DNA of 64,000 bases from positions 268,398,001-268,462,000 of the forward strand of contig OZ024741.1 in NCBI GenBank assembly GCA_964016885.1. The letters run 5' to 3'. The stretch comes from Eledone cirrhosa (lineage: Eukaryota). The position numbers and the translations under genes are program-made. Positions 36,159 through 50,000 of the stretch are shown here, one piece after another. The notes under the pieces were generated by a model. It did no database searches and was not told where the DNA came from. It was given only the letters and a program-made list of their open reading frames with translations. Position 1 is the first letter of the stretch, and each line of letters starts with the position of its first letter.

Positions 36159-39100
36159 TTAAAAGGTAAACTGCTTATTCTCTAATGCCTAGACAAACAA
36201 GTGAATATTGAACAAAAAAGACACGGGTATCAAATATTGCTTAGTCAGATTCATTGAGTTTAAGATCATAGATCAGGAAGATCATAGATCAGGAATATGG
36301 CTGTACTGACATCTGAAAAAACTGGAAAATATTACAACCTTATTACTTGGCTGATAAAAACTTATAATTAACTATCGAAGTTCGCATTGTTGATATTACA
36401 AAAGATGTCAGTGTTATTTCATGCTGTTTGTGTTTCAAAATATCAGTCAAATCTTTTTATGTTAACCCCATTTTGAAATCACTATCCTCATTTTTAAGTC
36501 ATAAAGTCTCATTGTGAAACTTTCAATTCACCCTTTCATTACCATATTTCTAATAAAATACTCTGTATCTTAATTAATGACTGAAGAATATGGAGGGATT
36601 TACTAAAATTATTTAAATTATCAAAATGGTATTTCTAACATAACAAAAGGTTCTAATATAAAATTTTTATTTTATATCTAAACCATTTAGAAGCAGAGGT
36701 GGTTTAGGGCAGGTTGATATGAAAAAAATCTTAATACTGAATGGTGTCTATTTAGATAAGGATTAGGTCAGCTTAATGTTCCAATGATACATCTTGCTAA
36801 AAAGTACTGGTTAATTCTTTTGTCACCCTTTGGGAGTAATGCCTTTGCCATTTTGTCCAACAAGGACCATGAAACTTTGTATGACATGCTATGATTTCTG
36901 TTGTTTATTGCATTCTGAAAAAAACAGTAGCTCCAATAAAGTACTGACATGCATCTAAAAAAAAAAATGGATGTTATGCATTGATGGTGATGTTATTTAA
37001 AAAAAAAAAAAATTAGATTTTTTAAAAATGGCTTCTGTGGGTTGAGCAGGGTTGTAGTCAGGTAGAAGATAGTGTAGTAGATTGAGGTTATAAGAACATA
37101 GTTGAAGTTGGAAATTAGTAAGGGACATGAGGGGGACACCACATAATTGAAGCTATCTCATATGCAAGAAGATAATGAGGTTATCTTACTAAATCCCTCT
37201 AAATTCTTGATTGTTTTCAAAATTTAAAAAAAATCATAATCTAATTTTTATTAGAAATATAGTAATGAAAGGGATAATTAATCAGATAGAATAGCAAGGT
37301 ATTATCTGTAACAATTGATATATTGGAACTATTGTTTCCGAAACCACGTTTGGAAAGGGGAAATTATAGAAAGTTCAAACTGATTGAGCAAGTTACAAAA
37401 GAAGCATGTGTAAGGAGTGTGATGCTGCAGAGTTGAGTGACTTGAATGTGGAAGATCTGTGAAGGATGGAGAGAGACGAGCTGAACCTCATCTGTCGAAT
37501 GTATAATGTTTACAACCTATGTGGTAGTGAGATGTCGGGTATTGAATGTGGAGGCTGGAGAGAAATGGTGTTTGTTTGATGTGTAATGTTAACATACGTG
37601 ACAAGTGAGGAACAAGTGATCTAACAGAATTACTGGATCACTTCTGCTTCATATGATGATATTGTATGTGGGAAAGGGAAGTGTGATGGTATGGACGTGT
37701 AGTGTGAACGGAGGATGAGTGTTGGATAAAAAGGTGTTGTGTGCTGACAGTGGAAGTTATCTGTGGCAAAGAAAGACTATGGAAGATACGAGAAGATGTA
37801 TTGAAGCTAGAAATTATGTAATCTCACAAATAAGATGATGCCAGGTTTAGAGAAGTAGCTCTAAGTTATAAAATAGACAGGTCCAACCCGTGTTAGTATG
37901 GAAAAATGGATCTTATAATGAGGATTATTACCATCATTTTTATATCCACTTTTCCATGCTTGCATGGTTGGATGCATCCGGCCACTTGTTGCATTCTTTT
38001 GTCAGGTTCCAAATCTTGAGATGGATTTTCACCACTTATGCCTATGTCTTCCTTTATCTTCTTCTTTTGCAGCTCCTTCTCAACTGAAACTCGTGGTACT
38101 TCTTTAACCCAACTGTCATCATCCATATATATTACATGTCTGTACATGCAAAGTCTTCTCTCTTGCACACAGCATCCAACTCCTCTTATACCCAGTTTTA
38201 AAGATACATGATATAAATAAGTTTGGTCTTGTTTTGTGTTTGCAAACATACCCTAGTATATAGGATTTGTTTTGTGTTTGCAAACATACCCTTATACGTA
38301 GCATGTAAATGAAAAAAATAAATAGAATTAAAATAAGAAACTTTTGTCAAATTGTTTTCAAACCTCTTTCACTTGACTGGGGGATCTGTTCAGTTTCTTG
38401 TGTTCTAATACTTAAAATTATCTGTAGAAAAACAAAAGAAAAAGGAAAAAAATTGTTACTTAATGTCTTTGTAGATAAAATAGATTTCTAAGTTTCAACA
38501 TATTACTAGTAAGTTATATAAGAAAATACCAGCAAGATTACCAATAATTCTGAAGTTATAGATAAAGGCAGGGCAACTCCAGCTTCATCTAGTTTCAATA
38601 CTTGCTATGATTTCACTTCTGTCTTTGAACTGGTGTGTCTGATGAAAAAGTTTGATTCTCAACTATTTCAATTATTTTCCCAAACTTTACTGAAAATCAC
38701 CCTTTATTCTGTCTTCTTATATGTGTAAAGATTTGAACATTTCCTGTTAAATTATTCCAACTTTTATGTATATCATTCACATTTCTTTGCAATGAATATT
38801 TACAGCTCTATAATTGATTTATTTTCTTTACATTATCAACATAATCTTGTGATTTAGAGGCCATTATGATTGAGTATTTCACAACAATAAATATTGTTGT
38901 AATTACAACTAGGGGCCAGCAATTTTTTTTTTCTAGTTTTTCCCATGGCTCACATGAATATTATATTTTACATATCCATCTTTGACAAGGTTCAAAGCCC
39001 AGAAGAACGCTTCAATGGTCCACTTTTTGCTAACCCCTTGCTGCAGCCTTAAGAATGAAGAGCCCTCTTTTTATTACTTAGCATGATTTCAGTTAATAAT

Positions 39101-39796
39101 TTCCTGAATCTAAATCAAACATATTCATAACTCTTATTAAATTTCCTACTAAATTGTACATAGCAGTAATTAATGTTGATAATAATATCCAATACCTATA
39201 TTATCAAATGAATTGTCTTGAGAAAAGAATCCTCTTTACATTATATCTTCATCATCACCACCATTTAACATCTATTTTCCATGCTTGCATGCGTTAGACT
39301 AGCTGTCACATTATGAGACCAGACATGTCAGATGACCACGTCTAGCTCATTTGATCACGTCTAGCTCATTTGATCTGTTTCGGGTTTGGTTTTTGAAGGT
39401 TAGATGCCCTTCCTAATGCCAATCACCTTACATTGTGGACTGGGAGCTTTTTTTGTGGCACTAACTCTACCACTTTACAGGATGGAGTGGGTGATTTTTG
39501 TCGTGACATCAGTATGACCATCTTAAAAGGTAAACTTGGTGCATTTTTGTTATAGTACCAGTATAATCATCGTAGAGGCTTGACTGGGTGATTTTGTTTT
39601 GTTGTGGCACCAGCATGACCACCTTACAGTGGGATGACAAAATATTTAGTGTATTTTAAAAATACAGAATGATTGAAGATGAGGAATTAAGGGTATTTGT
39701 ATCGTCATCTAACCCCACACTAGGTCCATGGATCTCTGGAGGTCTGTGTGGGTAGTAATGTTAGTCCATGGGCTAAGTTCAAAATTTCAAGTACTT

Positions 39797-39900
39797 ACCA
39801 TATATACTTGAATATAAGTTGATCTGAATATAAGTCGACCACTTATTTTATGTTTGAGAAATGGGCAAAAATCCAAACCCTGTGTATAAGTCGAGGCAAG
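39797..39900 (+). mobile_element. Tc2/pogo-like DNA transposon end; related MITEs at 47012-47237, 56471-56560, 62088-62264
   Basis: TA-cc(a/g)tatatact(t/c)ga(a/g)tataagtcga-type termini with repeated tataagtcga. Confidence 0.5.
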
Positions 39901-42013
39901 TAATCAACTCAATGTTTAGATGACACGGTTTTAAAATTCTCATAAATGGAGAATATATTTATGCAGTTTTAATATTTTGATATTTAAAATGTTTTGAGTG
40001 TCGTTAAGTGTATGGTTTTTGTTTCAGAACTCCATTAGTAATGATTTTTTTTACCAAATTCCGACTATTTTGAAGGCCATATTCACATCAAAAACAATAG
40101 GAAAAACGAATTTCACATCAAAATTGAAACCAATATTCACTGCCAAAGCAAAAATATTTTAGCACCTCATTTACATAGAATTTGAAGTTGGTGAAAATTG
40201 GCAAAATATTTACCTCAAATATATGCTACCCTCATTTTACCATTTAAAAAAAAAAAATGTATTGTAGTAGTTGTAGTAGTAGAACTACTACTACTACTAC
40301 TACTACTACAAATGTTAACAACAGCTGTTTCTGAATTAGGGAAGTTGCTTATGATTAAAAACATTCCTCTCTGACTATTCCATCCATTTTCAAGGCACAG
40401 TGCTCCTACAATTCCATTATCTAATGTGATCTGAAGAGACTTGACTGCTTCCTCTAGGAGGTTAAGAGACTGTATATGACCTCTTTCTCTTTGACCCATT
40501 GGCTAGCATAAGTTATGTTGATATGGTGGTCAAGAATTAAATACTTGTAGTAGAACACATGTCTACGTGACATAAGTTCACTTTGTCACCTCTTTAAATA
40601 CTGGCTGCTTTCTTAATACAACCAAGTTAATTATTGTGGAATGGAGGGGTGGGGTGGAGGTACTGTTTGATTTAGCAGATGATAATCTGTAGATACATTA
40701 GTAAGAGAGTGTTGACTCTTTGCTACTGTGTTTCTAATGACATACACTGCCTATCAGTTTTGAAAATTTGAAGAATTTAATGAGATAACTAACCTTTTCA
40801 TTATCCTTATCATCATTTAATGTCTGTTTTCCCTGCTATTCTCCCAGACAAGCCAGAGGTCTGCAACTCGCTTACATATGATCCCACACTCTACCAAGTC
40901 CATTTTATTGTAATACCAGCAGAAGAAATGTTGTCATCCAAACTCTTTGTTTGGCAAGCTTTCTATGGCCAATCACTTTACAGCGTATACTGGGTGCGCT
41001 TACTGTATAGATCACCAATACTAAGGAGATTGTCATGTCCTTGATGCAACTGATATTCGAAACATTACTTAACAAAAAAAATGTCTTAAACAAATTTATG
41101 ATGACAGGTTTTAATATAAGTATGAACATTTTAAAACGTTTGGTATCAAGAGTTAATCAATGCATTACAGAGTGGGAGAAGTTGTGAGAAGATGAATGGT
41201 ACTATTTATTATGAGAATGGAGATTTGGAGGATGAATTAATCAAAATAATATATCTAAAAGTACTACTACTACATTTGCCTCTTAGGGCTGGTTGGTCTC
41301 ATGTCATCACTCAAGCACTTTCAATTCAATTGTCTCTCCTTTTCCTACCATCCATGTTGTGTGTGCCCCTGACAGTGCACTAAACACCCATGATGCATGT
41401 GTGTGTGTGTGTGTGTGGGGGGGTATGTATGTGTCAGGTTGTGCACTAAAATCCCTTGTGTGTGTTTTCGGTCATGCACTAACCACTACACACAGTCCAT
41501 CTTGTCCAGAATATCAGCCCACTGGAATTCCCTCTGTCTTTTTTGCAGTCATCAACAGCAGTTTAGGTAGAATGTTAACGGCATTCATCTCAAGCCCTAG
41601 GAATTGGGGAAAACAAAAAAAACAACATTTTGGTAGTTCGGATAAATAACCTCTTGTACTAACATTAAGATTGGGTTTTAAATGTTTTTTCATAACCAGG
41701 CAGGAATTTGCTAAATACTGGATTTTACTCTATTGATAATTTGTTGGTAATATTACATATTTTATATAATTAGCCCACCCTGTATGGCGATCATGCTGGT
41801 ATCATGACAAAAAAGCACCGAGTCCACTCTATTAGGTAGTTGTGTTGGTGCCATGATAAAAAGCACCCAGTCTACTCTGTATAGTGGGAGTGGTGGTGCC
41901 ATGTAAAAAGATCCTAGTAATGTAGTTGGTATTAGGGTGAGCATGTCCTTGATGCAACTGATATTCGAAACATTACTTAACAAAAAAAATGTCTTAAACA
42001 AATTTATGATGAC

Positions 42014-44780
42014 AACCACCTGATCACCTATAGATCAGGGGAGCACTCTAGTCAGTTAGATTTTATCCTCATCAGAGGATGTGACAGATGGACGGTCGTA
42101 AACACAAAAGCCTTCCCTAGTGAGGAATGTACATCCCAACATAGCTTAGTTGTCAGCGACCTCACGGTCAGAACTAGACGAGCCCTGAAACAGAGGCCAA
42201 CCTGGAGAAGAAAGATCTGGAAGCTGAAAGTCCCCTCAACCAGTAACAGATTTAAAGATATTTTACTCAACGCCTACGACAGTAAAGAAGAACAGATAGA
42301 GACATTTAACGTAGAAGAGAACTGGGAGTTCCTAAAAAATAACTTACTAGAGGCGACGGATGAGGTTTGTGGCTGGAGTAAGACCTCAAGCAGGAGGAGA
42401 GTGACTTGGTGGTGGAACAATAAGGTAGATGAAGCAGTCAAGGCCAAGAGACAGGCATGGAAAGAATAGAAGAACGGGGGGAGCAGGGTACATTACATAG
42501 AGACCAAGAGGGAAGCTAGGCGACAAGTATACTTAGCTAGGAGGGAAGCAGAGGATAGAAAATTCAAGCATGTTTTACAACGTGAGGACCAGAAACAGGA
42601 GGTATTCAAGATTGCGAGGCAGTGTGTCAGAGATAGTTGTGATGTCATTGGAGAGAAGTGTATCCGGAATGATAAAGGTGAGCTTGCCCTCACAAGTGCT
42701 GAGAAGAAAGATGCATGGAAGAGTCATTATGATAGATTACTAAATGAGGAGAATGCATGGGAAGAAGAGACCCTACCCCACGTAGACCCTATAGAGGGAC
42801 CAGCAGTACAAGTCAGCGGCAGCGTAGTAAGTAAGGCAATCAGAGATATGAAGATAGGGAAGGCAACCGGTCCATCGGGTATAGCTGCCGAGATGCTGAA
42901 GGCATCTGGGTCTGTAGGTCACACTATAACCACACGTATCGTTAACCAGGTAATACTAGAGGGGGCCATACCAAAAGATTGGTGCAGTAGCATCATTGTC
43001 AACTGTTACAAAGGTAAAGGCGATGCACTAGATAGAGGAAACTATAGAGGTATAAAGTTGATGGACCAGGTCATGAAAGTAACAGAAAGAGTTATAGCAC
43101 AGCTGATTAGGGACCGGGTGAATATAGACGAGATGCAATTTGGGTTTGTACCAGGGAAAGGCACCACTGATGCCCTCTTCCTTGTGAGGCAATTACAGGA
43201 AAAGTACCTAGCTAAAAGTAAGCCACTCTACTTGGCATTTGTCGACCTTGAGAAAGCCTTTGACAGAGTTCCACGTGCAGTAATCTGGTGGGCTCTTAGA
43301 AAACTAGGAGTAGATGAATGGCTTGTGAAAGCGGTACAAGCCATGTATAGGGGAGCAGTCAGCAAAGTTAGGATTGGCAATGAGTATAGCGAGGAATTTA
43401 GCGTACAGGTTGGGGTCCACCAGGGCTCTGTTCTTAGCCCTCTCCTGTTCATCATAGTCCTGCAGGCAATAACGGAGGAGTTTAAGACCGGATGCCCATG
43501 GGAACTCCTGTATGCTGATGACCTCGCATTCATAGCTGAATCTATGGTAGAACTAGAGAATAAATTCCAAACCTGGAAACAGGGACTAGAGAGAAAGGGC
43601 CTCAAAGTCAACATGACAAAGACTAAGGTCCTTATAAGTAGACGAGAAAACAGAACCCAGATCCCCTCAGGGAAATGGCCTTGCTCAGTATGTAGGAAAG
43701 GTGTAGGTAGGAACTCCATTCTCTGCCCCAAATGCAAACAATGGGTACACAAGAGATGTAGCGGGATCTCAGGAAGCTTAATTAAGAATGTAGGATTCAC
43801 ATGCAGCAGCTGTGCTGAAACAGCAAGCAAACAGCCACAGGAAACAAGTACCACCAATCTCTGGGAGGGCCCTGTAGAAACAGTAGACAGCTTCTGCTAC
43901 CTAGGTGACCGAATTAGCAACGGAGGTGGGTGCTCAGAAAGTACAATAACTAGGGTAAGAACGGGATGGAAGAAGTTTAGGGAACTACTACCACTGCTAG
44001 CTGCAAAAGGCTTCTCCCTCAGAATGAAAGGCAGACTGTATGATGCGTGTATCCGAACAGCGATGTTGCATGGTAGTGAGACCTGGGCGCTGAAGGTGGA
44101 AGACTTACGTAGATTAGAGAGAAACGAAGCCTGCATGCTCCGATGGATGTGTAACAGTAATATACGTGAACGACAAAGCATAAAGGAATTGAGAGAGAGA
44201 CTGAGCATAAGAGGAATCAAATGCTGCGTGCAGGAGAGGCGGTTACGCTGGTATGGACATGTGATGCGTATGAAGGATGAGAGCTGCATAAAAAGGTGCA
44301 GAGCATTAGAAGTTGATGGAAACCGCGGAGTGGGGAGACCCAAGATGACTTGGGATGAGGTGATAAAAGCCGACCTTACCCAACTACACCTCTCAAAGTC
44401 AATGACACACGACCGTGACTTCTGGCGTCACGCAGTAATACAGGGTACCCGACCTCCCATGGGTACATGCTGAAGCATATAAACAATATGCCCCCCCCCC
44501 CACCGCAAGGTGGTCGTGGAGGTGCCACGGCAAAAAAGCACCCAGCCCACACTGTAAAGTGGACGTGTAGGCGCCACGAAAAAGCACCCAGCACTCACTG
44601 TAAATGAGGTTGGTGTTAGGAAGGGCATCCAGCTGTAGAAATCAAGCCAGATCAGTTCCTGTATGAGCAAGGCATGGTCAGCCGACCAGACACTGCCCAC
44701 AACAGGACAACCCGTCTAACCCATGCTAGCGTGGAAGAACGGACGTAAAACGGTGATGTTGATGATGATGATGATGATGA
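42014..44780 (+). mobile_element. Young RTE-clade LINE, 5'-truncated within the endonuclease, with 3' UTR and (GAT)n tail
   Basis: single reading frame from 42014 (ITYRSGEHSSQLDFIL...SQHSLVVSD) to 44473 with one stop seen (TAG 42467); 3' UTR with 48-bp units; GAT tail 44754-44780. Confidence 0.95.
42848..44473 (+). CDS. RTE reverse transcriptase with an embedded Cys-rich PHD-like finger (open portion of the truncated ORF)
   Basis: NYRGIKL, FVDLEKAFD, HQGSVLSPLLF, LLYADDL, CSVC...CPKCKQWVHKRC...CSSC, FCYLG, RRLRWYGHV. Confidence 0.9.
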   Translation: MKIGKATGPSGIAAEMLKASGSVGHTITTRIVNQVILEGAIPKDWCSSIIVNCYKGKGDALDRGNYRGIKLMDQVMKVTERVIAQLIRDRVNIDEMQFGFVPGKGTTDALFLVRQLQEKYLAKSKPLYLAFVDLEKAFDRVPRAVIWWALRKLGVDEWLVKAVQAMYRGAVSKVRIGNEYSEEFSVQVGVHQGSVLSPLLFIIVLQAITEEFKTGCPWELLYADDLAFIAESMVELENKFQTWKQGLERKGLKVNMTKTKVLISRRENRTQIPSGKWPCSVCRKGVGRNSILCPKCKQWVHKRCSGISGSLIKNVGFTCSSCAETASKQPQETSTTNLWEGPVETVDSFCYLGDRISNGGGCSESTITRVRTGWKKFRELLPLLAAKGFSLRMKGRLYDACIRTAMLHGSETWALKVEDLRRLERNEACMLRWMCNSNIRERQSIKELRERLSIRGIKCCVQERRLRWYGHVMRMKDESCIKRCRALEVDGNRGVGRPKMTWDEVIKADLTQLHLSKSMTHDRDFWRHAVIQGTRPPMGTC

Positions 44781-44969
44781 TCTAGCGATAGAAGACTGAG
44801 CCCAAAAGATCTCTGTATGTGCAAGATGTGATCACCTGACCTGGTTATCCTCATAATGTGACAACCTGTCTAACCCATGCAAGCATAAAAAATAGATATT
44901 AAACGGTGAAGAGGATGATTTCAATTTTGAATTTAGAAAAAGCCAAAATATTGTGTGTATTGATGAATC

Positions 44970-45780
44970 ATGAGAGATAGTAATACTAATAATTACTAAT
45001 AATGGGGTGTAGTGGTGTGCTATGAGATAATAATACTAATAATTGTTTCTATTTTAGGCACAAGGCCAGCAATTAATTAGTACATTACTGGTACTTTATT
45101 TTATCGACTCTGTAAGGATGAAAGGCAAAGTTAACCTCGGCAGGATTTGAACTCAGATCATAAAGGGACGTAACTATATGCTTCAAAGCATGGTGTCTGA
45201 CTCTACCGATACTGCCAATCCACTGCCTATAATAATAATATTAATAATGGTGTATATTAGTGTACCGTAAGATAGTAATACTAATAATTGTTTCTACTTT
45301 TGGTACAAGGCCAGCAATTATTCCAGTGCATTACTGGTACTTTATTTTATCGACCCCGTAAGGATGAAAGGCAAAGTCAACCTCGGCAGGATTTGAACTC
45401 ATATCGTAAAGGGACGTAACTATGCTGGAAAGCATGACGTCCGACTAATATGGTGTGTATTAGTGTACCATGAGAGATAGTAATAGTTTCTGATATAGGT
45501 ACATGGTTAATAATTTTGGGGGGAGGGGAAAGTTGATTAAATCTACCCCATTCCGTTACTGGTACTTTATTTTATCGACCCTGTAAGGATGAAATGCAAA
45601 CATAACTTCAGTGGGATTTGAACTCAATGTAAAGGGCTGTAACTATATGCCGCAGAGCATGGTGCCCAACGCTGTTTTACGACATATAGTAATAATGGGG
45701 TATACTTGTGTGTCTTGAGAGACAATAATACCAATAATGGGGTGTATTTGTCAACCATGAGATAATAATTATAATAATGT
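44970..45780. repeat. Degenerate minisatellite (unit about 40 bp) interrupted by three SINEs
   Basis: recurring aataatggggtgtatt(a/t)gtgt(a/g)ccatgagagatagtaatact units; minus-strand SINEs at 45041-45230, 45286-45445, 45490-45675. Confidence 0.6.
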
Positions 45781-47010
45781 CTAACATTTCAAACATGGTT
45801 CTTTATTGTTGAGTAGTAAACTTGTTGTCGTTATCATTGTGTTTTTACAACCTATTTTTTCCGCACTAACTTGGAAGAAACTATTTTTGAGGCAGTGTTT
45901 CTACAGCCTTTCCTGATGCCAACCCTTACTAGTTTTTTTTTAGGTATTGTGCTCGTTCCACATCGAATACCTGAGCTGTGGGACATAGTCTGATGTCACA
46001 AACTGCCCAAGCGATGTCAATGTGAAGACACATGCAGAGACACATTATCATTGTCATCATCATCATTTAATTTCTGTTTTCCCTGCTAGCAAGGGTTGGG
46101 GCATGTTATCACAGATAATGTGAATTTTATTGGAGGATATCATGTCCTTGGTACAGCTGAAGGATTCAAATCCTATCAAGGTCAACTTTACTTTTCACCT
46201 TTTGAGGGTTGGTAAATATATTACCAGTCCAAGCAGCACTGGATTGGTGGAAATGTTAGAGCCTCAAATGAGATGTATACTTTGTGTTATCTTTTCTGGA
46301 CTTTATGCATTCTGAGTTCAAATCCTGCTTTCTGTCACTAGAACAGCAATGACTCTTTCATCAAGAGTTGTGACCAATGCAAAGTATCAGCAATGGAAAG
46401 ACTAACGGAAACAGTTTCTTTGATCCCCTGTTTCCTTTTTCCTTAACCCTTTCATTTTTTCTAATGATATACACTGTATTTCCATTAATGAAATATTTGG
46501 ATTAGTTTACTAAAATTATTAATACTTTAATATTAAGATGGTATTTAGGGTGTCATATTTAAGGAGGTAGTCATTTGAGTATAGGATAAAACGCGTTATG
46601 TTCTAAGTTGAAATCCCGCCAAGGTCAACTTTGCCAATCATCCTTCTGAGGTTGATAAAATAAAATACTAGTTCAATACTGGGGTTGATGTAATTGACTT
46701 TCTCCTTCCCCCAAATTGCTGGTCTTGTACCAAATTTAGAAATAATTATTAAGATGACATTTGTAACATAACTTAAAAGTTTCTTATATAAAATTATACT
46801 GGAAGGTTTTAATTAAAAATTGGAGCCCTTTAAAATGGGTGTGTTTGTTGAACCAGAGGTAGTTTTGGACAGGTTGATTATAAAAAAAGTTAATCCATTT
46901 AAAACAAGCTCTTATATTGTAGAAGACATAGTTTTCTACATTTAATTACTTTCTCTGCTACTATTTTAGACCATCTCATTAATCAAACATCAGCTCTTAG
47001 TTAACAATAG

Positions 47011-47065
<55 letters not shown>

Positions 47066-50000
47066 TTGGGTATAAGTTTCACCTTTATCCACGATTAAAA
47101 AAATAACAATGTAAAAACCTATCTATGATTTACTGGACTTGCAAAAAATATGTTAGTGTAGTACTGAGCTAAGAATGTTGCATGTAGAATGGTGTTATTT
47201 ATTTATCAGCGTGGCTTACATATGAATATATATGGTATTTTATTAAGTTTACTTCATATTGTGATGTTTACATTGAACAGTTGATTTTCATGAATTGATA
47301 TGGTGATAAATTTATGTCATCTTTTGAAATGTGAGGAATTTCTAAATCTTTACTCTTATATTCTCTCTCTCCCCCCTTTTTTAAAAACATTTTGTGCATT
47401 ATATATGTGTGTGTGTGTATTTATAAACCCTTGCTAGCAGGGAAAGTGGATGTTAAAATGACGATGATGATGATATAGGTGTAGGCCATTGTTATGTAGT
47501 TTAGAAGTTTGCCTTTCAACGAAGTGGATTCAGGTTCGATCTTACTGTGTGGGACCTTGGGCAAGTGTCTTTTACTTCTAAAATCTCAAGGTAGCTTATG
47601 CTTTGTAAGTGAAATTGGTTAACAGAAACTGCAGAAGCCTGTTGTATATGTCTATCTGAGTGTGTGTGTGTCTATGCATGTATTTGTGTTTGTCTCTGTG
47701 TGTCTTTATATTGACATCACTTGGGCAGCTAGTGGCATTTGCTTATGTGCCACATAAGCAATATATATATATATTGCAGCTCATTAGTTCAACAGGTGAA
47801 GTTCAGTGCAAAAAGTACCTTAATTAAAAACAAAGTTTGGCATCAAATAGCATATCCAGCCATAGAATATTGCCTCAAAATTTCGTATCCAATCAATGCC
47901 AGCATGTAAAAACGTAAAAATGATAACAATGATGATATAATTTTCATGATTTATAAAGTAGTGTCTCTCCATACTGTAAAACTATTTTATATTTGAGTAA
48001 GTTGTAATCATATGAGTTCTTTTTTGTAACACTGCTTATCCATGGCTCACCTCTCCTGAGACATGACTACCTTTGAGCAACTTTTGCCATCTCCGAGGCT
48101 AACTGCATAGCCCTTACCTACTGGCTCCTAAATGTTCATCAGTGATACTAAAGTATATGAAATAGTTAAATTAAATTTATTTCAGTGATGTACTGTGATT
48201 CTATTGCTTCTAATAAATTCAAATCTTTAGAATTCTTAGTTTCCATTTATCTGACCTATATTGGCTGTAGGGGCACTGTAGTGATAATCAGCATTTTAAA
48301 CCTGATGGAGCCTAACATTCTTCAGGTCTGAATACAGCTGATTTCTTCCATAAAAGGAAAGCGATAGAAAGATATATAGAGGAAGAATTAACCCCCAGTA
48401 CTGGATTAATACTTTTTTTTTTATTGACCTCAGAAGGAGGAAAGGCAAAGTTGACCTCAGTGGGTTTTGAACTCAGCACAAAGCATTTTATCCAATATTC
48501 TAACGACTATGCCGTTTGTTGCTTTGTCCTATATAGACCCAGTACATATTCTAATTCTTTCCTCCCTTGTCACTTCACACTAAACAATATTGTTCATGAT
48601 CTTTTAGTAATTCATTGTCTGAGGAAATATCAACCCTCTTTCAATATTTAACCCCTCTTTCTGTTTCTATTTCCCCCATCATTGCTATTACTTTAACAGT
48701 CTTGTGCTTAAGTTAACCAATGCTTTTGTCATAATTTTTATCATTAAGTTATCTATTTATAATTAGTTTTGCTAAATTAATGATTAAGCTTTGTGGCATC
48801 TTTTTCTTTTCATCTGACAGTTGTATTTGTCATCAACTTTCAACTAATTAACCCTTTTAGCACTATGGCTTTTTGATTACATAACAAAAGAAAAGCTACA
48901 TAGTAATTGTCAAAAACAGTAGAAAACCAGTATGACTCAAATAACATCAAATAACTTAATCTGTTACTCAGAGCTGCTATAAACCATAGATTTTTGTATA
49001 ACAAGCAAATGTGGCAACACATTTCAACTAACAGAACAAGTGAAAATTAAACTAATTAGGCTAATTTGTTCATTTGCATACTAATGAACATCAAGACAAA
49101 TGGTAAAGTTTTCATTTCTTGCAGAGGTTACCTTTCACCAATATCACCCACATTATTAAAACTTCCCAATCTCTGCTCGATAATTATGTCAGAAATAATT
49201 AGTTAATATTGTCAATATCATGATCACAATTACTGTTATCTGTGTCACCTATCCTCTCATAAAACTAATAGAAATCACTAAAAATAAGTGAAATAAACAA
49301 AAAGCCTGGCAAAAGACTTCTATACACAATGCCTACTAAGTGTAAGATGTAGTCCACAACAAGATGGGTTCTCTTGGATTTTGCTAGCCATTTTTAGGTT
49401 GATATGTCAGCCGAGTAGTGATTTTTGGCTAGATTATTGAGATTGATATATCAGCCTCGCAGTGCTATGAGGGTTAAATAAATTCTTTTTATCTACGTCC
49501 TCCATTTAATAACAGTCTATAATTAGTTTTCAATGATTACATATTTGATTTTAAAATTATATTTTAATCTCATATGTACATAATTCTTGTTTCTTGTACA
49601 TCCAGTAACAAGAAGCCACATACTAGAAAATAAAGGAACCAAACTAATAGTAAAAAAAACAACAAAAAAACATCTTTTTTGGTTAATAATAGAGGTGTAT
49701 ATGACAGCATATATGATATGTTATGTAATATAAATATACAAGAGTCTTGCTATGAATGTTTTCAGCTGTCTCAGTAACCATGTGAGAACATCAGGTACAT
49801 GTTTCTGGATTTTTATCCACCATCAGTGAAATTTACTCACTTGGTACTGAAGCAAGAATAAGCTATAGCTTATATGCTTTTTTTGTGCATGAAACATGGA
49901 CTGGCTAGGATTATTTGGCAGTGTCACTAGCATTTCTTGGTTATTCCTGTTAGGATGCTGCGGTTGTGGCACTAGAGGGAATAAGGAATTTAGAAGGATC

